Origin: Eledone cirrhosa
Lineage: Eukaryota
Direction of reading: 5' to 3'
DNA length: 64,000 nt
NCBI GenBank assembly: GCA_964016885.1
Contig: OZ024745.1
Span: 97,960,001 to 98,024,000 of the forward strand
Shown: positions 50,699 to 60,883 of the stretch, one piece after another
How positions within the stretch are numbered: the first letter of the stretch is position 1
How the letters are laid out: the number at the start of each line of letters is the position of its first letter
The notes under the pieces: model-generated
Told to the model about the DNA's origin: nothing
Seen by the model: only the letters and a program-made list of their open reading frames with translations
The model's database searches: none
Made by a program: the position numbers and the translations under genes

Positions 50699-53288
50699 GT
50701 CCCCTCCAGTGATGTTCGCATTGTCGCTGGGGACTGGAATGGACGGACGGGGCCGGCTGATGATACAACACAGCATATTCTAGGACGCTTCGCCCTAGGC
50801 GTCCGCTGTGACAAGCTGAACGGCTCGTGTCCTCCGCGGATCCCAATGGTATTATCGTCACCAACACCCGGTTCCAACATCCTCGGCGTCACCTCGTCAC
50901 GTGGAGATTCAATGACGGAAGATCGGCCAATTAGATTGACTACATCCTGGACAGATCTCGGCGGATCAGCTCAGTGATGGACTCGCGTGCGTATCGGGGG
51001 GGGGGGGGCTGATACGGGCAGTGAGCATGGGTCAGACCATACTCTTGTTCGAGTAACCCTTCGTCTGCGGCTGCAGGCTAAACCTCCTCCCACCCACCAG
51101 AAAAGGATCGACATCTCCCGACTCAAGCTTGATGCTGGAAATGCTTTCCAGCTAGAGCTGCGAAACCGATTCCAAATACTGAGTAACGAAGTGGAACAGC
51201 AACCGGTGCAGGAGTGGGACGCGTTCAGGGCGGCGACGTTTGAGGTGGCCAGAGAGCATCTCGGGTCGACCCAAAGACGCCATCGGGACTGGATTTCTGG
51301 CAGCACTCTTGAACTCGCGGAGAGGGCGAGAGTGGCACGACTCGAGGGTGCACCCAATCTTCGAGATCTCCGACGTCGCACATCTCGGGCTATTCGGGCC
51401 GATCAGAATGCACACTGGCGCGAATTTGCAGAGCAGACGAAGAAGGCAGCAGCCTGTGGTGGCTCGCGCAAGCTCTACCAACTGGTGAAGCGGGCCAGCC
51501 AAAGCAGTACGGGTATCAGCGAGACGATCCGTGATCAGAACGGAGCGGTCATTACCAATCTTAATGACCAGCTAGTCCGATGGTGCGACCATTTCTCTGA
51601 GCTGCTCAACCACCGGCCACCACCCACGCCAACCTACGTGCAGCCTTCCTGAGAAGAATACGGGTGCAGCACTGCCCCTCCAACGGTAGAGGAGATACGT
51701 AGTGTCCTGACACATCTCCGGAACAACAAGGCGCTGGGCGAAGATGGCGCTCCAGCTGAGGTCTACAAGGCCGAGCCTGATGTCTTCGCAGCTTGGCTCC
51801 ATCGAGTCTTCTCCTTGGTGTGGGCGACGGAGCGGTTCCCTGGTGACTGGAGCAAGGCAACTCTCCTACCCTTCTTCAAAAAAGGCGACAGGGAACTGTG
51901 TCCCAACTACACGGGTATCAGTTTAATTGACGTTGCTGCCAAAACCTTCGCAATTCTTCTGCTGAAGAGTTTCCAGGCCATCCGTAATGTCCGTACCCGT
52001 CCTTCACAGGGCGGCTTCCGTCCGGGAGGGGGTGCATTGATCAAATCTTCATTCTCCGGCGTGTCCTGGAAAAACGGTGGGCACATCAACAGCCTGCCTT
52101 CTTCTGCTTCATCGACTTTGCAGCTGCCTTCGACTCGGTAGATCGGAGAGCCCTATGGCGTATAATGCAGGCGCACGGCATCCCAGTGAAGCTGCTTCAT
52201 CTCATACAAGGCCACTACCGGTCGATTCGGGCTCGAGTGAGGGTCTATGGTGGGGGGACGGAGTCGTTCGATGTTGGGACCGGTGTTTGGCAGGGGCGTG
52301 CGCTATCGCCAACTCTCTTTAACTACGCCATTGACTACACTCTCAACACAGCGCTCCGGGATTACCCGGGCGTAGAGGTCGGGAGCGGGGTCGTGGTGAC
52401 GGACCTGGCCTACGCGGATGACATCGTGCTGATAGGCGCTAACGCGACAGATGTACAGGGTGCTCTCGAAAGGGTGCACACTGTAGCCGCCGCTGTTGGT
52501 CTACGAATCAATGCCGCCAAGTCGAAAGTCATGACGTCACTGGTCTCGCCTGATGCCTGGCAGCCAATATCTCTCGGAGGCTTGGACTTGGAGGATGTGG
52601 AGTCCTTCGTTTACCTGGGCTCAACAGTGGTTCCAACGGGACAGGGCGCAGCCGAGGTCAAGCGTCACATAGGTGCTGCCAGATCTGCTTTTGGGCGCCT
52701 CCAGCGGTGTCTGTGGGACAGAAAAGAGATCAATCGGCGACCAAAGGGCGAATCTACCAGGCCGTCGTTCGCACTATCCTCCTCTATGGCTGTGAAACAT
52801 GGCCTATGAGGGTAGTCGATCAACGGGGGCTGGAGGTCTTCGACAATGACTGTCTCCGCCGCATTCTTCGCTGCCGACGCGTTGATCGGGTACCTACCAC
52901 CAGTCTTCGTCTTCGCCTGAATCTTCGACACCTTCCTTCAGTGCTTCTGCAACGGCGCTTGAAATGGTTTGGTCACGCAGCTCGGCGCCCTGAGGGTGAG
53001 CTGATCCGTGATGTTCTCCTCCCACCTCCACTCCCTAACTGGCGCAAGCGCGTTGGCGGGCAGCTGAAGACCTGGGCAACGACGATCAAGAAGGACCTCT
53101 CCGACTTCTCAGGTCCGCAGGAGGTCGGCCAGCGCCGATGGAACCGTAACTGGCTCGCTATCTCCAGTGACCTAGCCCGGGATCGTCATGCGTGGGCTGC
53201 CATGGTTCGGGATGCCGTCAGGACAAGGGAAGACGCCGGCTCAACCCATCCAGGGTGAATGTCGACACAAGTACAAGTACAAGTAAGT
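50699..53288 (+). mobile_element. 5'-truncated, frameshifted RTE-clade LINE with (CAAGTA)n tail and TSD ACAAGGC
   Basis: APE remnants (VAGDWNGRTG, LGRFALG, GSDHTLVRV), RT (NYTGISLID, QGGFRPG, GVWQGRALSPTLFN, LAYADDIVL, FVYLGS), RTE C-terminus (LYGCETW, RRLKWFGHAARR), stop at 53256-53258, tail CAAGTA repeats. ACAAGGC at 50692-50698 and 53289-53295. Confidence 0.95.
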
Positions 53289-53429
53289 ACAAGGCCAGCA
53301 ATTTTGTGGGAGGTGAATTCGATTAAATCGACCCCAGTAATTGACTCGTACTTTATTTTATCGACCCCATAAGGATGAAAGGAAAAGTTAACCTCGGCGG
53401 GATTTGAACTCAGATCATAAAGGGCCGTA
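53289..53429 (-). mobile_element. SINE family 1 (partial), interrupted by the RTE; the rest of its tail is at ~50672-50698
   Basis: ACAAGGCCAGCAATTTT...TCGACCCC...TTATTTTATCGACCCC...AACCTCGGCGGGATTTGAACTCAG matches the other copies. Confidence 0.85.
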
Positions 53430-53466
53430 ATATAATTAAATATTAAAAGGTCATTTAGTGTGGTAA

Positions 53467-53796
53467 CTGCATCACTTGCTTCTCCGCCATTTTGTGTGTG
53501 TATATGTGAGTATGTGTGAGTATGTGAGTGAGTGAGTGTGTGTGTGTGTGTGTGTCGAACTGCATCACTTGCTTCTCCGTGTGTGTATGTGAGTATGTGC
53601 GAGTATGTGTGTGTGAGTGTGTGTGTGTGTATGTGTGTGCGTGTGAGTGTGTGTGAGTGTGTGTGTGTGAGTGAGTGTGTGTGAATGTGTGTGTGAGTGT
53701 GTGTGTGAGTGTGTGTGAGTGTGTGTGAGTGTGTGTGAGTGTGTGTGTCTGTGTGGGACCGCATCACTTGCTTCTCCGCCATTTCGTGTGTGTTTA

Positions 53797-53828
<32 letters not shown>

Positions 53829-53872
53829 TGTGTGTGTGTGTGTGTGCTCGTGTGCGCGCGCGCGTGTGTGTT

Positions 53873-53936
<64 letters not shown>

Positions 53937-53945
53937 TGTGTGTAT
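53467..53945. repeat. Compound (GT)n/(GAGT)n microsatellite with three copies of GCATCACTTGCTTCTCCG
   Basis: Spacer motif at ~53469, 53561 and 53761, each followed by GT-rich tracts. Confidence 0.95.
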
Positions 53946-55060
53946 GTTGTGATTACCAGTAGTCACGAAAACAATCAAAGAAATCCTAATTGTCTGGCTG
54001 TCATTTTTACTAGATCGAATCTTGCATTTTTCTGAAACAAATCTTGGCAAGATTTTATTGGAATTTTTCCATTTACGATATCTCGTCTGATATCTTCTAA
54101 AAATAGATATATTTTATAGTGGAGGCTTAAATCCGTAGATTTTGACCTTAGTGACGTCTTTAACAAAATCTGGTCAAAAATTCACTAAATATTCTGAGAA
54201 TTTATGTGCGACTCCATAGCATACTTTACTTTCTCGCCAGATCTCTTCTGCTACCGCTTCTATATTGACTTATATGATATTAAATCTCTTCCATTTTAAA
54301 AACGCACTAGGCAGTAGTTTCTACTTTCTTTATTAATCGCTACTTGATAATCCCGTGTCTTATTTACACAGATTCGAATACAGTTCCGACTTTCTACTCC
54401 AATATTTTTCTGGATGGAAAAAATAATCAATATAATATTTTTTTTTTTTAATTCTACTTCTTTTTCCTTATCTTCTAAATTTTGCATAGTTAAAATTAGC
54501 CTCTAACCAAATTTTAATCTCGCATCTATAATAGTAACTATTGCTTTAAAGGTAGCTACTACTCTATTCTTTTTCAAACATTCCAAAAGGTTTTCATTTA
54601 GGAATTTGACCTAAATCACACGTTAAAAGGAAGCAACTAAAGCAGTTTTCGCGTTGATCGCAGAAATCAAGTGGCTCTAAGTAAAAACACTCCAAATTAT
54701 CTTTTGTAGTCATCGTATACAAAATTATTTTGACCTGAGGCAAATATAGAAACTTTTCATATTTAACATTCGATCAACACATTTGGTAAGATTATACAAT
54801 TAAATAAAAATATATTAAGCTGTTTGGGCGTGTTTTCAGATTTTAATGAATTCTAGATACGTCTAACGATATTTCTATCGAAATAAAGACTCTTACAAAT
54901 CAAATTTATGTTGACTTACAGCACTTGATTTCTCATTTCAATTATTCAAACGATTAATATATTATCAAGCGAGCATGATTAGAAGTGGTATACTTCTATG
55001 AATTAAAGGTAAACATGAATACTACATACAATGCCACTTGCTTCTTTCCGTTTGATTTAT

Positions 55061-55220
55061 GGCGGTGGATTGGCAGCATAGAGTTACGGCCCTTTACATC
55101 CTGAGTCCAATTCCTGCCGAGGTCAACTTTGCCTTTTATCCTTACGAGGTCGATAAAATAAAGTACCAGTAATGCACTGGGTTATTGCTGGCCTTGTGCC
55201 AAAAGTAGAAATAATTATTA
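55061..55220 (+). mobile_element. SINE family 1, with an internal deletion in the head
   Basis: GGCGGTGGATTGGCAG joined directly to CATAGAGTTACGG; tail TTGCTGGCCTTGTGCCAAAAGTAGAAATAATTATT. Confidence 0.85.
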
Positions 55221-55499
55221 TATTTTCTTTGAAAAAGTGACTTAATGGTGTGTGTAGTTGCGTTTATTTATAGACAAGGAAGGTGACTCTTTTAAATTAA
55301 GAGTAGTACAATTGTGTTAAAGAAGTCAAACCAATAGCTGAATTGATTTTTAGAATGCCAAAATTATTTGTTCGTAATCCAATACTTCATATAATTTTTG
55401 TTTTTCCTAATAGTAAACGGGCATGAAAAGGATAGGGATTATACCATGGGATCTCAAATACCTGTGAAATGATCCGCTTGGTGTTCAGTTTAAGCATTT

Positions 55500-55810
55500 G
55501 CAGATCAGCATATGTAGATTAACACCTGTAGATCAACATTGGTAGATCAACATCTGTAGATCAACATCTATAGATTAAAAACTGTTGATCAGACCTGTAG
55601 ATCAACATCTGTAGATCAACATCGGTAGATCAACATCGGTAGATCGACATCGGTAGATCAACATCTGCAGATCAACATCAGTAGATCAACATCTATAGAT
55701 TAAAAACTGTAGATCAAAATCTGTAGATCAACATCTGTAGATCAACATCGGTAGATCAACATCGGTAGATCGACATCGGTAGATCAACATCTGCAGATCA
55801 ACATTTGTAG
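55500..55810. repeat. 14-bp minisatellite GTAGATCAACATC(T/G), ~22 units
   Basis: Direct 14-bp periodicity (e.g. 55611, 55625, 55639). Confidence 0.93.
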
Positions 55811-55948
55811 TTCAAGGGAAAAGAATTCCAGATAAATCTAGTTCTTTAGAGTAATTATTAGATATGTTATTGAATGAGGGATCAGGGAGGTGAGACACAG
55901 TAGAGGCAAAGAGAAGAAGAGAGATATAGTCAGATAGATAAATAAATA

Positions 55949-55951
<3 letters not shown>

Positions 55952-56035
<84 letters not shown>
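55952..56035. repeat. (TA)n microsatellite
   Basis: Perfect TA tract. Further TA tracts lie at ~56510, 56735, 57994, 58785 and 60533. Confidence 0.97.
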
Positions 56036-56039
<4 letters not shown>

Positions 56040-56454
56040 ATACTTGGGGAGGGTCATATTTGCGTAATATTGCCAGAATTAATAACAGAACACACTCACT
56101 GTTTGGTTGGTTTTCGCTTCTCGCTGTCTTTTATTACATCTGCGATCTAACTTACTCGGTCCTCAATGTTGCCATTGACTGACCGGCGGTCAAAAATAAT
56201 ACAGATACAATATAGACACAAACACATATATATATATATAGTTTACATAATTTACATAAATCTTTCGTTGCACATCTGCAACATCGTCAGTGGTGTTATA
56301 TTCATTGTTCCTCCTGTTGTGTTGTATGTCTACGCCATTTTTTATTCAGTCTGTCTATATATTTATTTATTTATTTGCTTGTTTGTTTATCTTATTTTAT
56401 TTCTTAATTCTGGCAATATTACGCAAATATGACCCTCCTCAAGTATAACAATAT
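56032..56454. mobile_element. MITE-like element, ~420 bp, with 51-bp terminal inverted repeats
   Basis: 56032-56082 is the reverse complement of 56404-56454 with one mismatch. Non-coding interior; abuts (TA)n. Confidence 0.8.
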
Positions 56455-56509
56455 CTGTTTCGACATACGATTTCATATAAAAAACCTCGCAAAACTAATT
56501 CATCGCCGC

Positions 56510-56548
<39 letters not shown>

Positions 56549-56550
<2 letters not shown>

Positions 56551-56656
56551 GAAAATGTTAGACCCCGACGGAAGAGCTCAAGCCGTTTCGACGGGTATTT
56601 CTGGAAATAGCCGTCGAAACGGCTTGAGCTCTGTCGTCGGGGTCTAACATTTTCCT
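56549..56656. repeat. 108-bp near-perfect palindrome, probably a Penelope-type fold-back
   Basis: Arms of ~53 bp pair with about 3 mismatches around a 2-nt centre at 56602-56603. Confidence 0.9.
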
Positions 56657-56735
56657 ATTACCCACTCTACTACTCTAAGTATTGAGTACTCTGGTGCGGT
56701 ATGGTCCATCTGGTTCCTTACCACACCTCCTTCGT

Positions 56736-56778
<43 letters not shown>

Positions 56779-56781
<3 letters not shown>

Positions 56782-57986
56782 GCTATCCACCAGTTAATTT
56801 TATTGCTCATTTTTTGTCGATTCTATTGGGTGATGAATAGCTCCTGTTTTATTTTAACATGTCTATTGAGCACTCTTATTCGATATGTGTATTTCCACAT
56901 TTCCTCGAATAGTTTTCGCGGATGTAGAGGTTATCTCCCTTGCCGGATTCCATGTGCGTATTTCGCTTGTAGTTAGCCTCTTATCCGCTAGGAAAAAGCT
57001 CGTTGATGAAGTAAACTTCCATTCCGCTTGCTCCAGAAGTCTTATATATTTATATGTGAGCTGATGGAGTACAGTCTAAGGATTTACAGAAACCCAAGAA
57101 GCTAGATTTAACACCTTTCTAGTGGGTCCGGGTATGATTTTACATTCAGTTAAATTATTGATGTATTGTTTTATTGATATTTTTTATCTGATTGTCCCGA
57201 ATCTTCTATTATCGATTTTTTATCGTATGGTTGATTTTAGACTTGTTCTATGTGTGACGGTATTTTAACGATAGTTATAGCTCTGATTCATCTGAATTAT
57301 TGAGCCCTCTGCCGCTCATTTCGAATATTGTTTATCGTGAACTCGTGCGCCGATTTTTCGATACTCGATCTTTCTAATATTTTTAGCTCTGGACATAGCT
57401 ATCCACCAGTTAATTTTATTGTTCATTTTTTGTCGATTCTATTGAGTGATGAATAGCTCCTGTTTTATTTTAACATGTCTATTGAGCACTCTTATTCGAT
57501 ATGTGTATTTCCACATTTCCTCGAATAGTTTTCGCGGATGTAGAGGTTATCTCCCTTGCCGGATTCCATGTGCGTATTTCGCTTGTAGTTAGCCTCTTAT
57601 CCGCTAGGAAAAAGCTTGTTGATGAAGTAAACTTCCATTCCGCTTGCTCCAGAAGTCTTATATATTTATATGTGAGCTGATGGAGTACAGTCTAAGGATT
57701 TACAGAAACCCAAGAAGCTAGATTTAACACCTTTCTAGTGGGTCCGGGTATGATTTTACATTCAGTTAAATTATTGATGTATTGTTTTATTGATATTTTT
57801 TATCTGATTGTCCCGAATCTTCTATTATCGATTTTTTATCGTATGGTTGATTTTAGACTTGTTCTATGTGTGACGGTATTTTAACGATAGTTATAGCTCT
57901 GATTCATCTGAATTATTGAGCCCTCTGCCGCTCATTTCGAATATTGTTTATCGTGAACTCGTGCGCCGATTTTTCGATACTCGATC

Positions 57987-57996
<10 letters not shown>
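56779..57996. repeat. Tandem duplication of a 616-bp unit (two near-identical copies) bounded by TA tracts
   Basis: AGCTATCCACCAGTT at 56781 and 57397; only a few substitutions seen between copies. Confidence 0.95.
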
Positions 57997-58033
<37 letters not shown>

Positions 58034-58040
58034 TAGATAA

Positions 58041-58252
58041 CTTTCTTTTTATTTGCCACCAGGGCATCAAAAGTGGGACAAGTACAAAGAGGGGAGTTTA
58101 CATAACAAAGTGTCCTCAATAAGGAGGAGGCAATAACAAAATATAAAAATAAAATAAAATATAACAAAATTAATTTTATAACAAAATCCTCAATAGGGAG
58201 GAGGCGCCTTGGGGGGTCGCACACACCCCCGAAAAAAAGTGTGCAACCCTTT
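58041..58252 (-). mobile_element. 3'-UTR-only fragment of a Tx1-like LINE (sister family)
   Basis: TTCTTTTTATTTGCCACCAGGG...CCTCAATAGGGG parallels TTCTTTATTAACCACAAGGG...CCCCAATAGGGG of the 7668 element and the fragment at 58297. Confidence 0.75.
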
Positions 58253-58296
58253 TGAAAGAGAGATAGATAGATAGATAGTTAAATATAGATAGATAT

Positions 58297-58586
58297 GTTT
58301 CTTTATTAGCCACAGGGGCACAAAAGAAGGGGACAAATACAAAGGGGGAAGTTTACATACAATAAAAACGTGTAAAATGTTATCACAAATGCAATTTAAA
58401 AAATTAGTCGATTTTCCCCAATAGGGGAGACAGTTTATATGGGTAATACATACCCCCGAAAAAATGTGAAACCCTCATCTCCAGGAGTACGAAGAGTTTG
58501 TACTCCTTTCCTCCTCTGTTTCCTCAACCTACAGGCTGATATAGAGAGAAGGCCCATTCACTCGGGCTATTCTCGCCACTTTCACC
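58297..58586 (-). mobile_element. 3' fragment of a Tx1-like LINE (sister family) with the last ORF2 codons
   Basis: Encodes VKVARIARVNGPSLYISL* (stop 58529-58531), versus VREARMARVNGPTLSIYL* in the full-length element. Shared 3'-UTR blocks; flanked by AGAT repeats. Confidence 0.85.
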
Positions 58587-58781
58587 AGATAGACATAGAT
58601 AAATAGATAAATAGACGCTCTAAAGTACATTAAGAAGGGCGCCTGGTTATAGAAAACCAAATTCCAAACGACACGTGTGAGCAAGATATAGTCACATGAC
58701 ATGTCTATGATCACAACGTTACAACCCGTCTAACCAATGAAAGCATGGAAAATAGACGTTAAACGGGGATGGTGATGATTA

Positions 58782-58817
<36 letters not shown>

Positions 58818-58979
58818 TACTAGGGAGAGGATCAGGGGTGTATAACACTCCACTTATCCAGCAGGCAGTATAAGGTTAGCTCAATGTCTGAGGACAGAGC
58901 CGTGATATAATAAATAACAAAGAACGCCTATAGCATATGCATATCTTTACTTGCTAACATTGTTTCATCCGCACTATAA

Positions 58980-59938
58980 GTGGGACTCAATGGAGGTGTC
59001 GCGAATGGGAGGGTTCTAAATGCCGGTGGAATGAAGCAGCAGGGCACCATTAGTCTAAGTAATAGCAATAGAGGTGTCGCGAATGGGAGGTTTCTAGATG
59101 CCGGTGGAATGAACCAGCAGGGCACCATTAGTCTAAGTAATAGCAATGGTAGGCCTCGCAGCTCCCCGCATAGACTAGGTGAGCATAGGAACCGTAGAAA
59201 TAATAATGCTAATAATACTGATGGAAATAGAAAGAATAAAAAGAATAGAAGAAGATTGAATACATACTTCAACCCCCCTTTTAATTCTGAAGTGGCTATA
59301 AATATTCCTAGGGCCTTCTTCTCTGTGTTAGAAAGGAACTTCCCTCCTGGTAATAGGTACCACTCTATCCTCAATAAGAATGTTGTTAAACTTTCGTATT
59401 CTACAACCCAAAATCTGGCCTCTCATCTGGCCATTACTAATAATAAGAAAATAAAGGAAGGCCTGGACAACCTAAGCCTAGGGGAAAACACGGTAGTGGA
59501 CAGAGTGAGCAGAAACACAAGTGGTGATCATTCTGAGAATAGCATCACCAGAGGTTGTAACTGTAGAAGGGCTTCAGGCTGCCCCCTGAATGGTTTCTGC
59601 CTTGTTAGAAACATAGTTTATGCGTGTGATGTAGTAACTACGGCGTCCACTAAGACCTATATAGGATCAACCTCCACCCCCTTTAAGACCAGGTTTAACT
59701 CTCACCAATGCACTTTTAGACATAATAAACTGAGGAACTCCACCTCCTTGGCAGCGTACGTCCATAATTTAAAAAATGCACGAACACATTACACACTTAC
59801 TTGGCGGCAGGTTGCTAAATCCCATCCATATACTCTCCTCATAATAGAGTATGTAACCTATGCCTTGCCGAATCCCACTCTATTATATTTGCTAAATGCC
59901 CTCTACTAAATAGAAAGTCTGAAATATTTTCCTCTTGA
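58980..59938 (+). pseudogene. Penelope-like element 3' part: linker + GIY-YIG endonuclease, frameshifted near the end, no RT
   Basis: YFNPPF..., KLSYS, CNCRRASGCPLNGFCL, NIVYACDV...TYIGSTSTPFKTRFNSH, STSLAAYVHNLK. After a frameshift near 59830 it continues YSPHNRVCNLCLAESHSII...LLNRKSEIFSS. Confidence 0.88.
58993..59147 (+). repeat. 78-bp in-frame tandem duplication (26 aa x2) inside the Penelope-like ORF
   Basis: GAGGTGTCGCGAATGGGAGG at 58993 and 59071. Confidence 0.9.
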
Positions 59939-60041
59939 GTGTCAGCTAGTCTGTATGTAACCACACAGGCGGACCGGGTTTTAGAGTCATACGAGTTTTC
60001 AAGGAAACACATTTCCTCTATTCTCCAGAGGGCCAGACAGG

Positions 60042-60086
60042 AATATTGGACTAGTTTCGATGTTATTACATCTCATCAGCAATATT
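60042..60086 (-). ncRNA. Minimal type I hammerhead ribozyme (mirror copy in the left arm)
   Basis: Exact reverse complement of 60199-60243. Confidence 0.88.
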
Positions 60087-60198
60087 TACCCAATATTCAC
60101 GTTCTATGCAAATTAGTCTACCCACTACTAATTTTCATAGAAAAAGCATATAACGATATGTGCTTTTACAATTCTCCAGAGAAGCCGGAAGATGGGTA

Positions 60199-60243
60199 AA
60201 TATTGCTGATGAGATGTAATAACATCGAAACTAGTCCAATATT
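60199..60243 (+). ncRNA. Minimal type I hammerhead ribozyme
   Basis: Stem I AATATTG/CAATATT; core CTGATGA (60206-60212); stem II GATGT-aata-ACATC; GAAA (60227-60230); palindromic short stem III ACTAGT; GTC cleavage triplet ending at 60236. Confidence 0.9.
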
Positions 60244-60528
60244 CCTGTCTGGCCCTCTGGAGAATAGAGGAAATGTGTTTCCTTGAAAACTCGTATGACT
60301 CTAAAACCCGGTCCGCCTGTGTGGTTACATACAGACTAGCTGACACTCACTGTAAAGTGTCTAGTGAAAAGCTGAGTACATGTACATATGTATACATGTG
60401 TGTATTTATATGCATACTAATACTTCCGTATACATATGTAGATGTACACTTTAACTTAATTGTTTAAGCGTCAGTCATACAAAAGTGAGTTAGAAGCGAA
60501 ACGAAATTTAATTTCGTTTCGTTATTTG

Positions 60529-60597
<69 letters not shown>

Positions 60598-60633
60598 GGG
60601 TGGAGTAGTTACAGTGTTGAATATCGTTCATTT

Positions 60634-60820
60634 GGATTGGCAGTATCGGTAGAGGGTCGGACGCCATGCTTTGACGCAATTGAGTTACGGCCCTTGCCAT
60701 TCTGAGTTCAAATCCCGCCGAGGTTAACTTTGCCTTTCATCCTTACGGGGTCGATAAAATAAAGTCCCAGTAATGCACTGGGTGATTGCTGGCCTTGTGC
60801 CAAAAGTAGAAATAATTATA
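60634..60820 (+). mobile_element. SINE family 1, near complete
   Basis: TGGCAGTATCGG (A box-like), GAGTTCAAATCC (B box), GGGGTCGATAAAATAAAG body, AATTAT tail. Confidence 0.9.
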
Positions 60821-60883
60821 TCTACTTCGTAAGTTCAAATCCTGCCGGGGTCGACTTTATTTGACAGAATATATTTTGTTAGA

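Larger units (their letters stand above)
59936..60349. repeat. 157-bp inverted repeat with a 100-bp spacer (Penelope pLTR-like)
   Basis: 59936-60092 is the reverse complement of 60193-60349 with no mismatch seen; the ORF track shows the same peptide on both strands. Confidence 0.95.

Noticed and set aside
53186-54050. His/Thr- and Cys/Val-rich ORFs
   Set aside because: They are translations of (GT)n/(CA)n microsatellite. The same applies to the YI-repeat ORFs at 55812, 56701, 60460 and 63623.
53975-54500. Possible decayed coding remnant on the - strand
   Set aside because: Only short AT-rich ORFs with no motif I can assign.
59933-59941. TGA at the position of an expected terminal Cys (possible selenocysteine, as reported for some Naiad elements)
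   Set aside because: The TGA coincides with the first bases of the inverted-repeat arm, the following residues are not the expected conserved ones, and I see no SECIS. A junction artefact is simpler.
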